This document shows positions 54,931 through 64,000 of a stretch of 64,000 nucleotides of DNA, one piece after another. The DNA is from Alphaproteobacteria bacterium (GTDB lineage Bacteria > Pseudomonadota > Alphaproteobacteria > CAAGCB01 > CAG-977). Location of the stretch: NCBI GenBank assembly GCA_900768845.1, contig CAAGEK010000025.1, forward strand, positions 778 through 64,777. The letters are read 5' to 3'. How positions within the stretch are numbered: position 1 is the stretch's first letter; the number at the start of each line of letters is the position of its first letter. The translations under genes and the position numbers were made by a program. The notes under the pieces were generated by a model that saw only the letters and a list, made by a program, of their open reading frames with translations, made no database searches and was not told the origin of the DNA.

Positions 54931-57612
54931 ATGAATTATGATAAATTGACGGAGCGGAGCAGAGGGTTCATCCAATCTGCACAAAGCGCGGCCGAAGGGA
55001 ACGACAACCAGTTTTTAACACCCGAACATCTTTTAAAAGTCCTTTTGGATGATTCAAAAGGGATGGCGGCGGGTTTGATCGCCAAAGCCGGCGGCGACCC
55101 GAAAAAGGCGTCGACCGAGGTGAATCAAGCCGTCGACCGTCTGCCCAAAGTGTCGGGGGAAAGCGTCGAATGTCTGCCCAATCAGGAATTCGGCAAGATT
55201 TTAAATCAGGCCGAAGCGATTTCCGTCAAAGCGGGCGACGAATATGTCACCGTCGAACGGATTTTGCTGGCGATGCTGATCGTTCCGAACACGACGGTGC
55301 ATAAAATCCTGAACGAATGCGGCGTGACGGCTCAAGGGTTGAACTCGGCGATCGAGGAATTGCGTCAGGGCAGAAAGGCCGACAGCGCAAATGCCGAAGA
55401 CAAATACCATGCTTTGAAAAAATATACGGTCGATTATACGGATCGTGCGTTGAAAGGCAAGCTCGACCCCGTTATCGGGCGCGACGAGGAAATCAGGCGC
55501 ACGGTTCAGGTTTTATCGCGACGCACGAAAAACAACCCCGTTTTAATCGGCGAACCCGGAGTGGGTAAAACGGCGGTGGTGGAAGGGCTCGCTTTGCGCA
55601 TTGTCAACGGCGACGTTCCCGAAAGCCTGAAAAACAAAAAGCTTTTGGCGTTGGATATGGGGGCTTTGATTGCGGGGGCGAAGTACCGCGGCGAATTTGA
55701 AGAACGCCTGAAATCCGTTTTACAGGAAATTCAGGCTTCCGACGGGCGGATCATCCTGTTTATCGACGAAATGCACACGATTGTCGGCGCGGGCGCGTCG
55801 GAAGGATCCATGGATGCGTCGAATTTGTTGAAACCGGCTTTGGCACGCGGAGAGATGCATTGCGTCGGGGCGACGACCCTGAACGAATACAGGCAGTACG
55901 TTGAAAAGGATGCGGCTTTGGCCAGACGGTTCCAGCCCGTTTATGTGAACGAGCCGACCGTCGCCGACACGATTTCCATTTTGCGCGGGATCAAGGAAAA
56001 ATACGAATTGCATCACGGCGTTCACATTTCCGACAGCGCGCTGGTGTCCGCCGCGACGCTTTCCAACCGCTATATTGCCGACCGTTTCCTGCCGGACAAG
56101 GCCATCGATTTGATGGACGAAGCCGCCAGCCGTTTGCGTATGGAAGTCGATTCCAAACCCGAAGCGTTGGACGAAGTCGACCGCCGTTTGATGCAATTGA
56201 AAATCGAACGCGAGGCTTTGAAAAAGGAAACGGATGCGGCGTCGGTCGAACGTCTGGCGAAATTGGAAGGCGAAATCCTCAAGCTTGACGCCGAATCCGA
56301 AAGGATGTCGGCGGAATGGCTGGAAAGCAAGGCGGCGTTGGCCGGTACTTCAAAGTTGCGCGAACAGCTTGACGCCGCGAAGATCGGCGTTGAAAAGGCG
56401 ATGCGCGAAGGCAGTTACGAACGTGCGGGCGAATTGCAATACAAAATCATCCCCGATTTGGAAGAGCGGTTGAAAAAAGCGGAAGCGGCGGCGAATGCGT
56501 CGCAGGCTTCGGTCAGCAAAACCGTCACGTCGGAAATGATCGCCGCGGTCGTGTCGCGTTGGACGGGCATTCCCGTCGATAAAATGCTGACGGGCGAACG
56601 CGAAAAGCTGTTGAATATGGAAAACCATATCCAATCGCGGCTGATCGGTCAGAATGACGCCGTCAAAGCCGTTTCCGACGCCGTGCGCCGTTCCCGTTCG
56701 GGGTTGCAGGATCCGAACCGCCCGATGGGGTCTTTCCTGTTTTTGGGGCCTACCGGCGTCGGGAAAACCGAACTTGCACGTTCTTTGGCGGAATTTTTGT
56801 TTGACGACGAAACCGCAATGATCCGTATCGATATGTCGGAATATATGGAAAAACATTCGGTGGCGCGTCTGATCGGGGCTCCTCCGGGGTATGTCGGGTA
56901 TGATCAGGGCGGTTTTTTGACCGAAGCCGTCCGTCGCAGACCTTATCAGGTCATCTTGTTCGACGAGGTGGAAAAAGCCCATCCCGACGTTTTCAATGTG
57001 TTGTTGCAGGTCTTGGACGAAGGGCATCTGACCGACGGGCAGGGGCGCAAGGTTGATTTTAAAAACACGATTATCATTCTGACGTCGAACTTGGGGGCGG
57101 AATTTTTGGCGAACCAGCCCGAAGGGGAAGACGTTTCCGCCGTGCGTGAAGAAGTTATGGAAATCGTCCGGACTTCGTTCAAACCGGAATTTCTGAACCG
57201 TTTGGATGAAATCCTGCTGTTCCGCCGTTTAAGTCGCGCCGATATGTCGGGGATTGTCAGAATCCAGCTGAAACGCCTGTCTTCGCGTTTGGCCGACCGG
57301 CGCATCAGGTTGAACGTAACGCCCGAAGCGTTGAATTGGCTGGCCGATAAGGGGTATGAACCGATGTACGGTGCGCGCCCGTTGAAACGCCTGATTCAAA
57401 GGGAGCTGGAAAATCCTTTGGCCATAGCCATTCTGGACGGGCGGATCAGGGAAGGTTCCACTGTCGTCATTCGTGTCGGGAACGGGTCTTTGATTATCGA
57501 TCCCGACGCTCAGCCGGTTGCAAGGACGGGAGCCGTCAGAAAAGCCCCGCCCGTTTCCGGAAGAGCGGAAATGCGCAGACTGCCTCCGGCTCCGCCTTCA
57601 TCCGGCGGTTGA
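54931..57612 (+). CDS. clpB: ATP-dependent disaggregase ClpB
   Basis: 893 aa with two AAA+ modules ([13 protein letters not shown]; [15 protein letters not shown]), a long middle coiled coil and the Clp N-domain. Confidence 0.97.
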   Translation: MNYDKLTERSRGFIQSAQSAAEGNDNQFLTPEHLLKVLLDDSKGMAAGLIAKAGGDPKKASTEVNQAVDRLPKVSGESVECLPNQEFGKILNQAEAISVKAGDEYVTVERILLAMLIVPNTTVHKILNECGVTAQGLNSAIEELRQGRKADSANAEDKYHALKKYTVDYTDRALKGKLDPVIGRDEEIRRTVQVLSRRTKNNPVLIGEPGVGKTAVVEGLALRIVNGDVPESLKNKKLLALDMGALIAGAKYRGEFEERLKSVLQEIQASDGRIILFIDEMHTIVGAGASEGSMDASNLLKPALARGEMHCVGATTLNEYRQYVEKDAALARRFQPVYVNEPTVADTISILRGIKEKYELHHGVHISDSALVSAATLSNRYIADRFLPDKAIDLMDEAASRLRMEVDSKPEALDEVDRRLMQLKIEREALKKETDAASVERLAKLEGEILKLDAESERMSAEWLESKAALAGTSKLREQLDAAKIGVEKAMREGSYERAGELQYKIIPDLEERLKKAEAAANASQASVSKTVTSEMIAAVVSRWTGIPVDKMLTGEREKLLNMENHIQSRLIGQNDAVKAVSDAVRRSRSGLQDPNRPMGSFLFLGPTGVGKTELARSLAEFLFDDETAMIRIDMSEYMEKHSVARLIGAPPGYVGYDQGGFLTEAVRRRPYQVILFDEVEKAHPDVFNVLLQVLDEGHLTDGQGRKVDFKNTIIILTSNLGAEFLANQPEGEDVSAVREEVMEIVRTSFKPEFLNRLDEILLFRRLSRADMSGIVRIQLKRLSSRLADRRIRLNVTPEALNWLADKGYEPMYGARPLKRLIQRELENPLAIAILDGRIREGSTVVIRVGNGSLIIDPDAQPVARTGAVRKAPPVSGRAEMRRLPPAPPSSGG

Positions 57613-57633
57613 CAAGTAAAAACGACCGGCAAA

Positions 57634-57665
57634 AACGGCGGTGTTTTCATCCGCCGTTTTTTTGT
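57634..57665 (+). terminator. rho-independent terminator of clpB
   Basis: AACGGCGG (57634-57641) pairs with CCGCCGTT (57651-57658), followed by a T7 run. Confidence 0.8.
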
Positions 57666-57734
57666 CCCCAGAAAACGGAGTTCGGAATAACGACGACGCC
57701 TTGCGCTGTTTTCATCCGCCGTTTTTTTGTCCCC
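57643..57734. repeat. direct duplication of a 27-nt terminator-derived unit (TGTTTTCATCCGCCGTTTTTTTGTCCCC)
   Basis: Identical copies lie at 57643-57669 and 57707-57734. A diverged third copy is near 116-176. Confidence 0.85.
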
Positions 57735-58139
57735 CGAAAACCCCGCGCCAAGCATAAGCCGTGCGGCGGGAAACGATAATAAAAGCGGAGATGCTATCGA
57801 AAATGAGTGTTTGCAGACTTTTTAAAAAGGAAAAGCGGTTTGACGGTTTTTGAGCGTTGGAGCGACATAAAGTTTCGGTGCAAGCAGGGACTATCCGCGG
57901 GAAAGAACGCCCGTCAGATTGCAGAATAAATCATCTGAAGGAAGACGGTTCGTCAGAATCCCTGACGCCAGACCTGCCCGTCCCGTTTACGGAAGGCAAG
58001 TAAAAAAATGCACCTGCCAAAACGTTGTACGCCGTTCAGGCGTAGCCGGTGGCATGAGGCGATTCCGTCGTGTCAGGAACCTTTCGTCGGGCGGGCGTCT
58101 TTTTGGCTCGTTCGCCGCGGATTGCCCGAAACAAGGCTG

Positions 58140-59378
58140 TTAAGGTTGTTTCAACTCTTTGATGTCTTCGTTTGAAAACCTCATCCCCGTCAACATACAC
58201 ATTTCCGACAGGTCTATGCCCGTTTGCGGCATATGATGGCCGTAAACGTAAGCCCCCGCGAACCGTTTGAAATCTTGGGAATGCAACGTCCGTCCCGCCC
58301 CCAGGGAAATCCACGTCTGATCGGGCAGGATCATATGCTTCAGACTGCTGTAATATTCCAACTGGCTGCGTCCCAGAGCCGTTTTTTCCAGACGCGAGAA
58401 TTTCTGGTCTTTCGCCAGCAACAACGCCGCATCCGCCAACCCGTATGCCAGACTGCAACTGTTCAAAGAAGGATCGTGCTGGGTGTAAATGCTTTCCAAC
58501 AGCAAAGTCGTTTGTTTGACGGCGAAATTGATCAGATATTCGTTTTTCGTTTTTTGGTAACGGATGTACGCCGCCGCCATATCCCATGAATAATCGCGTG
58601 TATCGCGGATTTGGCGGTATTGTCCCGTATAAAGGTTGTCGACCTGCGCCAGCAAAACGTCCGTTTCCCCGTCGTCGGGGATCAGGCGGTTGTAAATCGA
58701 CAAAGCCAGCCATATTTCAGGTTGGAAAAAGTTCTTTGACGACGGATGTTTCAACGCTTCCTTTAAATGGAAAACCAGTGCGTCGCGCCATGCCGCCCGT
58801 TCCGATGCAAAAGACGCGTCGCTCGTGGCGTCCCAATATGTCAGTTCGGTCATCAGGGCGAAAGCCGTTGAAACGGCTTCGGCTTCCACCCTTTGCCGTT
58901 TTCTGCTTTCCGCGGCTTCCTCCGTCTGGTCGAAAGACAGCAAAGCCGATCCGCTTTGGTTGTAGTAAAAGGAAATCATCCGTCCGGGGATGTTTTGATG
59001 AGCCAGAGAAACGGCTTCGTACCCCCTCAACGCCTTGACGACGCTTTCCTTGACTTGGGCGGCCATCGGCTGGGCGATTTTGTTGCGGATCAGAAACGAA
59101 TAATATTTCGCCAGTACATATCCCGCACGCGTTTGATGGATGACGTTGTCCCAATTCGTATAGCCCCCCGTGATGAAATCGTATTCGTAATTGAAAAATC
59201 CGTCGGGCTTTTGCTGGTTCATCAAATGTTGGGCGGATAAAGACAGGTAATCCAGCACTTTCGTCGGAGATGCGGGCGTTTCGTCCGGATTTTTCCTTTC
59301 CTCCTTTGTTTCTTTGCACGCCGCAGAAACAAACGCGAGGACGGTGCAGAACGCCAATTTGAAAAAACAACGCGGCAT
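58140..59378 (-). CDS. putative lipoprotein, possibly alpha/alpha-toroid (prenyltransferase/terpene-cyclase-like) fold
   Basis: N-terminus MPRCFFKLAFCTVLAFVSAAC is lipobox-like. The QQKPDGFFNYEY motif is reminiscent of QxxDGGW repeats. The fold call is weak. Confidence 0.55.
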   Translation of the reverse strand: MPRCFFKLAFCTVLAFVSAACKETKEERKNPDETPASPTKVLDYLSLSAQHLMNQQKPDGFFNYEYDFITGGYTNWDNVIHQTRAGYVLAKYYSFLIRNKIAQPMAAQVKESVVKALRGYEAVSLAHQNIPGRMISFYYNQSGSALLSFDQTEEAAESRKRQRVEAEAVSTAFALMTELTYWDATSDASFASERAAWRDALVFHLKEALKHPSSKNFFQPEIWLALSIYNRLIPDDGETDVLLAQVDNLYTGQYRQIRDTRDYSWDMAAAYIRYQKTKNEYLINFAVKQTTLLLESIYTQHDPSLNSCSLAYGLADAALLLAKDQKFSRLEKTALGRSQLEYYSSLKHMILPDQTWISLGAGRTLHSQDFKRFAGAYVYGHHMPQTGIDLSEMCMLTGMRFSNEDIKELKQP

Positions 59379-59530
59379 TTGAGGGTATCCCTTGAAAAAT
59401 CAGACCTGTTCCCAGTGTACGAAGACGTTAAATGAAAATCAAAAGAAAATACGCTGGCTTGTTTTTTCAGATATGCTATACATTAGAGGTGAGAAGGGCT
59501 GTTCGCCCGCTTGAAAGACAGGATTTTCCA

Positions 59531-60229
59531 ATGCTGAAAAAAATCGGTTCCAGTGCTTTTGTTCAGGAATTTCTGGGCTTTTTGTTTTTTTTGTACACGG
59601 CGTTCGTGGTGAAAACCAGCCGCTGGACGATAGAAGGCTGGCCGAAAGACAGGGACGACGGGGGCAATTCTTTTTTGTTGCTGTTCTGGCACGGGCGGAT
59701 TTTCGCTACGCCGGCCATTCATTTCATCATCAGGCCGAAGATAAAATGTTACGTTCTTTCCTCTTTGCACCGCGACGGGCGCATTATGGCTTCGACGAAT
59801 GCCAGATGGGGGGCGGAAACGATTGACGGTTCGGCGTCGAAAGGCGGGATCGGAGCGGCTTTGACCATCCGTCGCGCACTGAAAAAATCGTCCCTGATCG
59901 CCATTACGCCCGACGGCCGCAAGCCCGCTTATAAAATGACAAAGGGCGCGATCATCATGGCAAGGGATTCCGGATGCCCGATCGTGCCGTGTTCCTATTC
60001 GTCGTCGCGGGCGAAGCAATTGAAGACTTGGGACAGTTTTCTGCTTCCCCTGCCGTTCGGAAAGGCGATGACCCTGATCGGCGAACCGGTTTTCGTTCCG
60101 AAGGACGCCGGTGAAGAAGACATTGAAAAATACCGCCAAATCGTGGAAGATAAATTGACCGCCCTGATGAATGAAGCCGACAGGCGCGTCGGACGGCAAA
60201 GCGGCGATTCGGAAAAACAGAAACAATAA
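59531..60229 (+). CDS. DUF374-family (lysophospholipid acyltransferase-like) protein
   Basis: LLLFWHGRIF...SSLHRDGRIMA...ITPDGRKPAYKMTKGAIIMARDSGCPIVP. It lies immediately upstream of waaA, as is common in alphaproteobacteria. I prefer the ATG at 59531 to the ORF start at 59432. Confidence 0.75.
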   Translation: MLKKIGSSAFVQEFLGFLFFLYTAFVVKTSRWTIEGWPKDRDDGGNSFLLLFWHGRIFATPAIHFIIRPKIKCYVLSSLHRDGRIMASTNARWGAETIDGSASKGGIGAALTIRRALKKSSLIAITPDGRKPAYKMTKGAIIMARDSGCPIVPCSYSSSRAKQLKTWDSFLLPLPFGKAMTLIGEPVFVPKDAGEEDIEKYRQIVEDKLTALMNEADRRVGRQSGDSEKQKQ

Positions 60230-60239
60230 AGGATGACAG

Positions 60240-61547
60240 ATGACCATACCGATGAATTTCATGTCCGTTTCCCTGTACCGTGCCGCGACTTATGCCGGTT
60301 ATCCGCTGATTGCGGCGTATCTGGCATACAGAAAGTCGAAGGGCAAAGAGGACTTGGATCGTTTTCCGGAACGTTTGGGATATGCTTCGATTCCCCGTCC
60401 CGAAGGCAGACTGGTATGGATCCACGGGGCGAGCGTCGGCGAAACGCTGTCCGTCCTGCCGTTGATTTCCGCCATTCTTGAAACATATCCCGATGTTTCC
60501 GTTTTGGTGACTTCGGGGACGGTCACGTCGGCAAACATAATGAAGAAACGCCTGCCCGAACGTGCGTTCCACCAATATATCCCCGTTGACAATGTCGCCG
60601 CCGCCAAACGGTTCGTCGAACACTGGAAACCGGATTTGGCGTTGTGGATAGAATCCGAATTCTGGCCGAATATCCTTTCCGCCGTTTCCGAAGCGAAAAT
60701 CCCGCTGGTTCTGTTGAACGGGCGCGTTTCCGACAAATCCTTCAAACGTTGGAAAAGAATGCCTAAGTTCAGTGCGCAGGTTCAGGGGATGTTCGATAAA
60801 TCGTTGGGTCAAACGCAAACGGACGTCGACCGGTTGCGGGAATTGGGGGCGAAAAATACGGAATGTCTCGGGAATTTGAAATTTTCCGCGGCCGATTTGC
60901 CTTTTGACGCCGAAGAATTCGACCGTTTGAACAAGGAAATCGGCGACCGCCCGCGCTGGATAGCGGCTAGCACGCACGCCGGTGAAGACGAAGCCGTCGC
61001 TTTCGCCCACATCGAAGCGGGGAAAAAGGCGAAAAACATTTTCACGATTTCGGCTCCGCGCCATCCGGCCAGAGGCGATGAAATCGAAGACATCTTGAAA
61101 TCAAAGGGGTTGAAGGTTGCGCGCCGCTCCCGAAAAGATCCGATTACGGCGGAAACGGACGTTTATCTGGCCGATACGATCGGTGAAATGGGGCTGTTCT
61201 ACCGCTTGGCTCAAGCGGCGTTTGTCGGCGGTTCCCTGATTCCTTTCGGCGGTCAGAACATCATCGAACCGGCAAAGTTGGAAAAAGCGGTTTTATGCGG
61301 GCCTCATATGATGAATTTCAGGGAAATCGTCGCAAAAGCGAAAGCGGCGGACGCCCTGACGGTCGTAGAGGATAAAGAGGCTCTGGCGGACGCGTTGGCG
61401 GGATTGTTGACCGATGAAGCCGCTTTGGACAAGGCTCGGAAAAACGCTTTGGCGTTCGCGACGGCGGAAGCAAACGTTTTGGAACGCGTGATGAAGGCGT
61501 TGGAACCGTATTTCAAACGGGAAAAGGAGGAAAAGGATGCCGGTTAA
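60240..61547 (+). CDS. waaA: 3-deoxy-D-manno-octulosonic acid (Kdo) transferase
   Basis: 435 aa with RLVWIHGASVGETLSVLPLI and the C-terminal GT-B block GGSLIPFGGQNIIEPA. Confidence 0.93.
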   Translation: MTIPMNFMSVSLYRAATYAGYPLIAAYLAYRKSKGKEDLDRFPERLGYASIPRPEGRLVWIHGASVGETLSVLPLISAILETYPDVSVLVTSGTVTSANIMKKRLPERAFHQYIPVDNVAAAKRFVEHWKPDLALWIESEFWPNILSAVSEAKIPLVLLNGRVSDKSFKRWKRMPKFSAQVQGMFDKSLGQTQTDVDRLRELGAKNTECLGNLKFSAADLPFDAEEFDRLNKEIGDRPRWIAASTHAGEDEAVAFAHIEAGKKAKNIFTISAPRHPARGDEIEDILKSKGLKVARRSRKDPITAETDVYLADTIGEMGLFYRLAQAAFVGGSLIPFGGQNIIEPAKLEKAVLCGPHMMNFREIVAKAKAADALTVVEDKEALADALAGLLTDEAALDKARKNALAFATAEANVLERVMKALEPYFKREKEEKDAG

Positions 61548-62529
61548 ATCTCCCGATTTCTGGCAAAAGCCCGACACGATTTTGTCCGGTCTTCTGTCGC
61601 CGTTTGCCAAAATATACGCTTGGGGTGCCGCAATCAGGATGCGTTCGACACGGGCTTACCGTTCCAAAGTTCCCGTCATTTGCATCGGGAATCTGGTGAT
61701 GGGCGGCGCGGGAAAGACGCCTTTGGCCGTTTCGATCGCCGAATTTTTTAAAATGAACGGTAAACGGCCGGTGTTTTTAACGCGGGGATACGGCGGCGGG
61801 TTGTCCGATATTCTGGTCGATTTGGACAGGCATACCGCCAAGGAAACGGGGGATGAAGCCTTGTTGCTGGCACGCGTCGCCCCGACCGTTGTCGATTTCA
61901 ACCGCGTCAGAGGGGCGAAAACCGCCGAAAAAATCGGTGCGGATGTCATTATTATGGACGACGGATTTCAAAACCCTCATTTGGAAAAAGATTTGTCTTT
62001 CGCCGTTTTCGACGGACGCTACGGCGTCGGAAACGGTAAAGTGTTTCCTGCCGGACCGTTGCGCGAAACGCTTGAAGAGGGGCTGAAACGCGCAAACGCC
62101 TTTATAATCGTGGGGCAGGATAAAACCGGCGTGCGCAAACGCATAGAGGAAATCCGTCCCGATTTGCCGTTTATCGCCGTTCACATCGAACAGCCTTTGG
62201 AAAAAGTGCAACAACTGTCGGATTTAAAGCTTTTTGCATTCGCCGGCATCGGATTTCCCGAAAAATTCTTTGATATGCTCAGGGATTACGGCTGTGATGT
62301 CGTCGGGACTCAGGCCTTTGGCGACCATTACCCCTATACGGAGCAGGATCTGTCCCGATTGGTTGACAAAGCCGCGAAGGAGGACGCCGTTTTGGTGACG
62401 ACGTCCAAAGATTTTGTGCGTATTCCCGCCGCTTTTGCATCACGGGTGAACGTTGTCGACGCGTACAGCGTTTGGGACACGCCCGATGTGATGATTTCTT
62501 TTCTTTCCGCTTTGCCGAATAAGGGCTGA
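61537..62529 (+). CDS. lpxK: tetraacyldisaccharide 4'-kinase
   Basis: 330 aa with the P-loop ICIGNLVMGGAGKTPLAV and ILTRGYGG-like LTRGYGGG. Confidence 0.93.
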   Translation: MPVKSPDFWQKPDTILSGLLSPFAKIYAWGAAIRMRSTRAYRSKVPVICIGNLVMGGAGKTPLAVSIAEFFKMNGKRPVFLTRGYGGGLSDILVDLDRHTAKETGDEALLLARVAPTVVDFNRVRGAKTAEKIGADVIIMDDGFQNPHLEKDLSFAVFDGRYGVGNGKVFPAGPLRETLEEGLKRANAFIIVGQDKTGVRKRIEEIRPDLPFIAVHIEQPLEKVQQLSDLKLFAFAGIGFPEKFFDMLRDYGCDVVGTQAFGDHYPYTEQDLSRLVDKAAKEDAVLVTTSKDFVRIPAAFASRVNVVDAYSVWDTPDVMISFLSALPNKG

Positions 62530-62531
62530 CC

Positions 62532-63554
62532 GTGTCGGACGATCAAAACATTTACGTTTTCCGGACGAAAAAAAGCGCGTATGACACTTACGTCCGCTAT
62601 CCTCTGGAATTTGTCGGGGCTGTCGTTTTCTGTTTTATTTTCCGCATCATGCCGTTGGATTGGGCGTCGGCGTTATGCGGTTTCGTTGCGCGTACGTTCG
62701 GTCCCCGAATGAATGTGTCGTGGGTGGCGCGTTATAATATGATGAAAGTCTTTCCCGAAAAAACGCCGGCGGAAATAGACGCTCTGGTCGTTAAAATGTG
62801 GGACAACATGGGGCGGACTTTCGGTGAATACCCTCATTTGCGCGCTTTGACGGAACATCCCGAAAAACGGATTGAAATCAGGGGGGCAGAACGTTTCCGT
62901 GAACTCGCTTCGGACGGAGTCCCCGGAATCGTGTTTTCCGCACATATGGGGAATTGGGAAATTTCGTCCGTTTCCTCGCGAACGGCGGGGGTGGAATACC
63001 ATCGCATTTATCGTTTTGCGAACAATCCTCTGGTTGAATGGCTGTTCACCTATTTTCGCGGAAAGATAAAGGGCGATTTGGTGCCGAAAGGCAAGGCGGG
63101 GATGCGGCGCATCGTTCATCAAATGAACAACGGCGGCCATTTGGCGTTGCTGGTTGACCAAAAGATGAACGACGGCATTTCCGTTCCGTTTTTCGGTTTT
63201 GAAGCAATGACGACTCCCGCTTTGGCGCGTTTGGCTTTGAAATATGACTGCCCGCTTTTGCCCGTCCGTTCCGAACGTTTGCACGGGGCTCATTTCCGCT
63301 TGACGGGAGACGAGTTCTTAAAATTTGAAAAAACGGGCGATATAAAAAATGACAGTCGGGCGTTGATGATAAAGGTCAATCTGTTATTGGAAAGCTGGAT
63401 TCGCGAAAAACCCGAACAATGGCTTTGGGTTCACAAACGCTGGCCGGATTCCAATATGGGCTCGATGAGGCTTTACGAAGACAGAAAGCTGTGGAAAAAA
63501 GGCGTCAAACCGCCCGAACTGTTCGCCGAATCCCAAGCCGGCCGTATCGTTTGA
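62532..63554 (+). CDS. lpxL: lipid A biosynthesis late acyltransferase (LpxL/HtrB family)
   Basis: GTG start, an N-terminal TM helix, the HX4E motif SAHMGNWEI, and QWLWVHKRW near the C-terminus. Confidence 0.88.
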   Translation: MSDDQNIYVFRTKKSAYDTYVRYPLEFVGAVVFCFIFRIMPLDWASALCGFVARTFGPRMNVSWVARYNMMKVFPEKTPAEIDALVVKMWDNMGRTFGEYPHLRALTEHPEKRIEIRGAERFRELASDGVPGIVFSAHMGNWEISSVSSRTAGVEYHRIYRFANNPLVEWLFTYFRGKIKGDLVPKGKAGMRRIVHQMNNGGHLALLVDQKMNDGISVPFFGFEAMTTPALARLALKYDCPLLPVRSERLHGAHFRLTGDEFLKFEKTGDIKNDSRALMIKVNLLLESWIREKPEQWLWVHKRWPDSNMGSMRLYEDRKLWKKGVKPPELFAESQAGRIV

Positions 63555-63704
63555 TGCGGATGCCATGTGGCGGAAGATGCTTTGAAAACCGTTTTTCTTC
63601 CTCTGTTCCTTTGCTCTGTCCGTCCTGCAGGATGTTTGCTTAATGGAACAAAACGGAAGTTCAGAAACAGAGAAAAGACCTATTTAAAATCTATCGCAGT
63701 AAAA

Positions 63705-63737
63705 AATCACCCCCGCATTTTGTATGCGGGGGATTTT
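63705..63737. terminator. bidirectional rho-independent terminator
   Basis: CCCCCGCAT (63710-63718) pairs with ATGCGGGGG (63724-63732) around loop TTTGT, flanked by an A-run and a T-run, between convergent genes. Confidence 0.8.
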
Positions 63738-63758
63738 GAGGTTTAAGAGAAGGTTATT

Positions 63759-64000
63759 TTATCCTTCAACGGCACAGTAACCGTTGGAACTGCAATGTTC
63801 ACCGCTTGCACAGTTGCTGTCTGAAGTACAGGTATTGCGATAGATACAATATCCGTCTTTGCATTTCTTTTCTGCGGAACAGTTCGCATCCGTCGTACAG
63901 CTTTCCGTCGTTACGACTTTGCACAGACCGGAGTCGGGAGTGCCTTCGTTGTACGCACCAGAGTAGAGAGCTTCACATTTGTAGCCACTTCCACATGAAG
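63759..64000 (-). CDS. C-terminal part of a cysteine-rich repeat protein (5' end outside the window)
   Basis: My own minus-strand translation gives ...SCGSGYKCEALYSGAYNEGTPDSGLCKVVTTESCTTDANCSAEKKCKDGYCIYRNTCTSDSNCASGEHCSSNGYCAVEG, with the stop at 63759-63761. It is not in the ORF track because no start codon lies inside the window. Confidence 0.6.
   Translation of the reverse strand, partial: SCGSGYKCEALYSGAYNEGTPDSGLCKVVTTESCTTDANCSAEKKCKDGYCIYRNTCTSDSNCASGEHCSSNGYCAVEG

Noticed and set aside
57877-58014. Possible SRP (4.5S) RNA, suggested by a CUGAAGGAAGACGG motif and complementary GGTGCA/TGCACC ends
   Set aside because: Only 6 bp pair at the ends. The conserved GGUCC-GGAA-GGAAGCAGCC domain IV sequence is not reproduced, and the helix cannot be extended by hand folding.

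Overview
This is a 64-kb chromosomal segment, most consistent with a flagellated alphaproteobacterium. The supporting gene set is rpoH, an FlbD-type sigma-54 activator, DUF4167, rodZ-ispG-hisS-prfA-prmC, DUF374-waaA-lpxK-lpxL and mlaA/mlaC. All product calls come from reading motifs in the supplied translations; no database search was possible. Layout: rpoH and a 20-bp tandem-repeat array (0.3-1.8 kb); a giant coiled-coil membrane protein (2.6-6.7 kb); type-2 ileS (6.9-10 kb). A long minus-strand flagellar operon follows: fliF-fliG-fliH-fliN-flbD-flhA-flhF-flhG plus two translationally coupled extra genes (12.3-24.6 kb). Next is a 3.7-kb plus-strand cassette: a disrupted twin-CX3CX2C radical SAM gene, two paralogous small membrane proteins, an Lgt-like transferase and an ICMT-like methyltransferase (24.8-28.4 kb). 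A second flagellar operon, fliK-flgD-flgE, has a textbook sigma-54 promoter (28.4-33.95 kb). Then come rpsD, mlaC/mlaA, assorted housekeeping genes and lysC (34-44.7 kb), and rodZ-ispG-hisS-prfA-prmC-DUF4167 (44.7-50.9 kb). An apparently AT-richer stretch holds a poly-G-interrupted GT92-like glycosyltransferase and an 871-aa orphan multidomain protein (50.9-54.8 kb). The window ends with clpB, which has a sigma-32-like promoter, a lipid A/Kdo cluster, and a truncated Cys-rich repeat gene at the right edge. I found no tRNA, rRNA, CRISPR array, transposase or integrase. The best candidate for an undescribed system is the radical SAM / small-protein / Lgt-like / ICMT-like cassette wedged between the two flagellar operons. 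The poly-G contingency locus and the neighbouring orphan giant protein come second.
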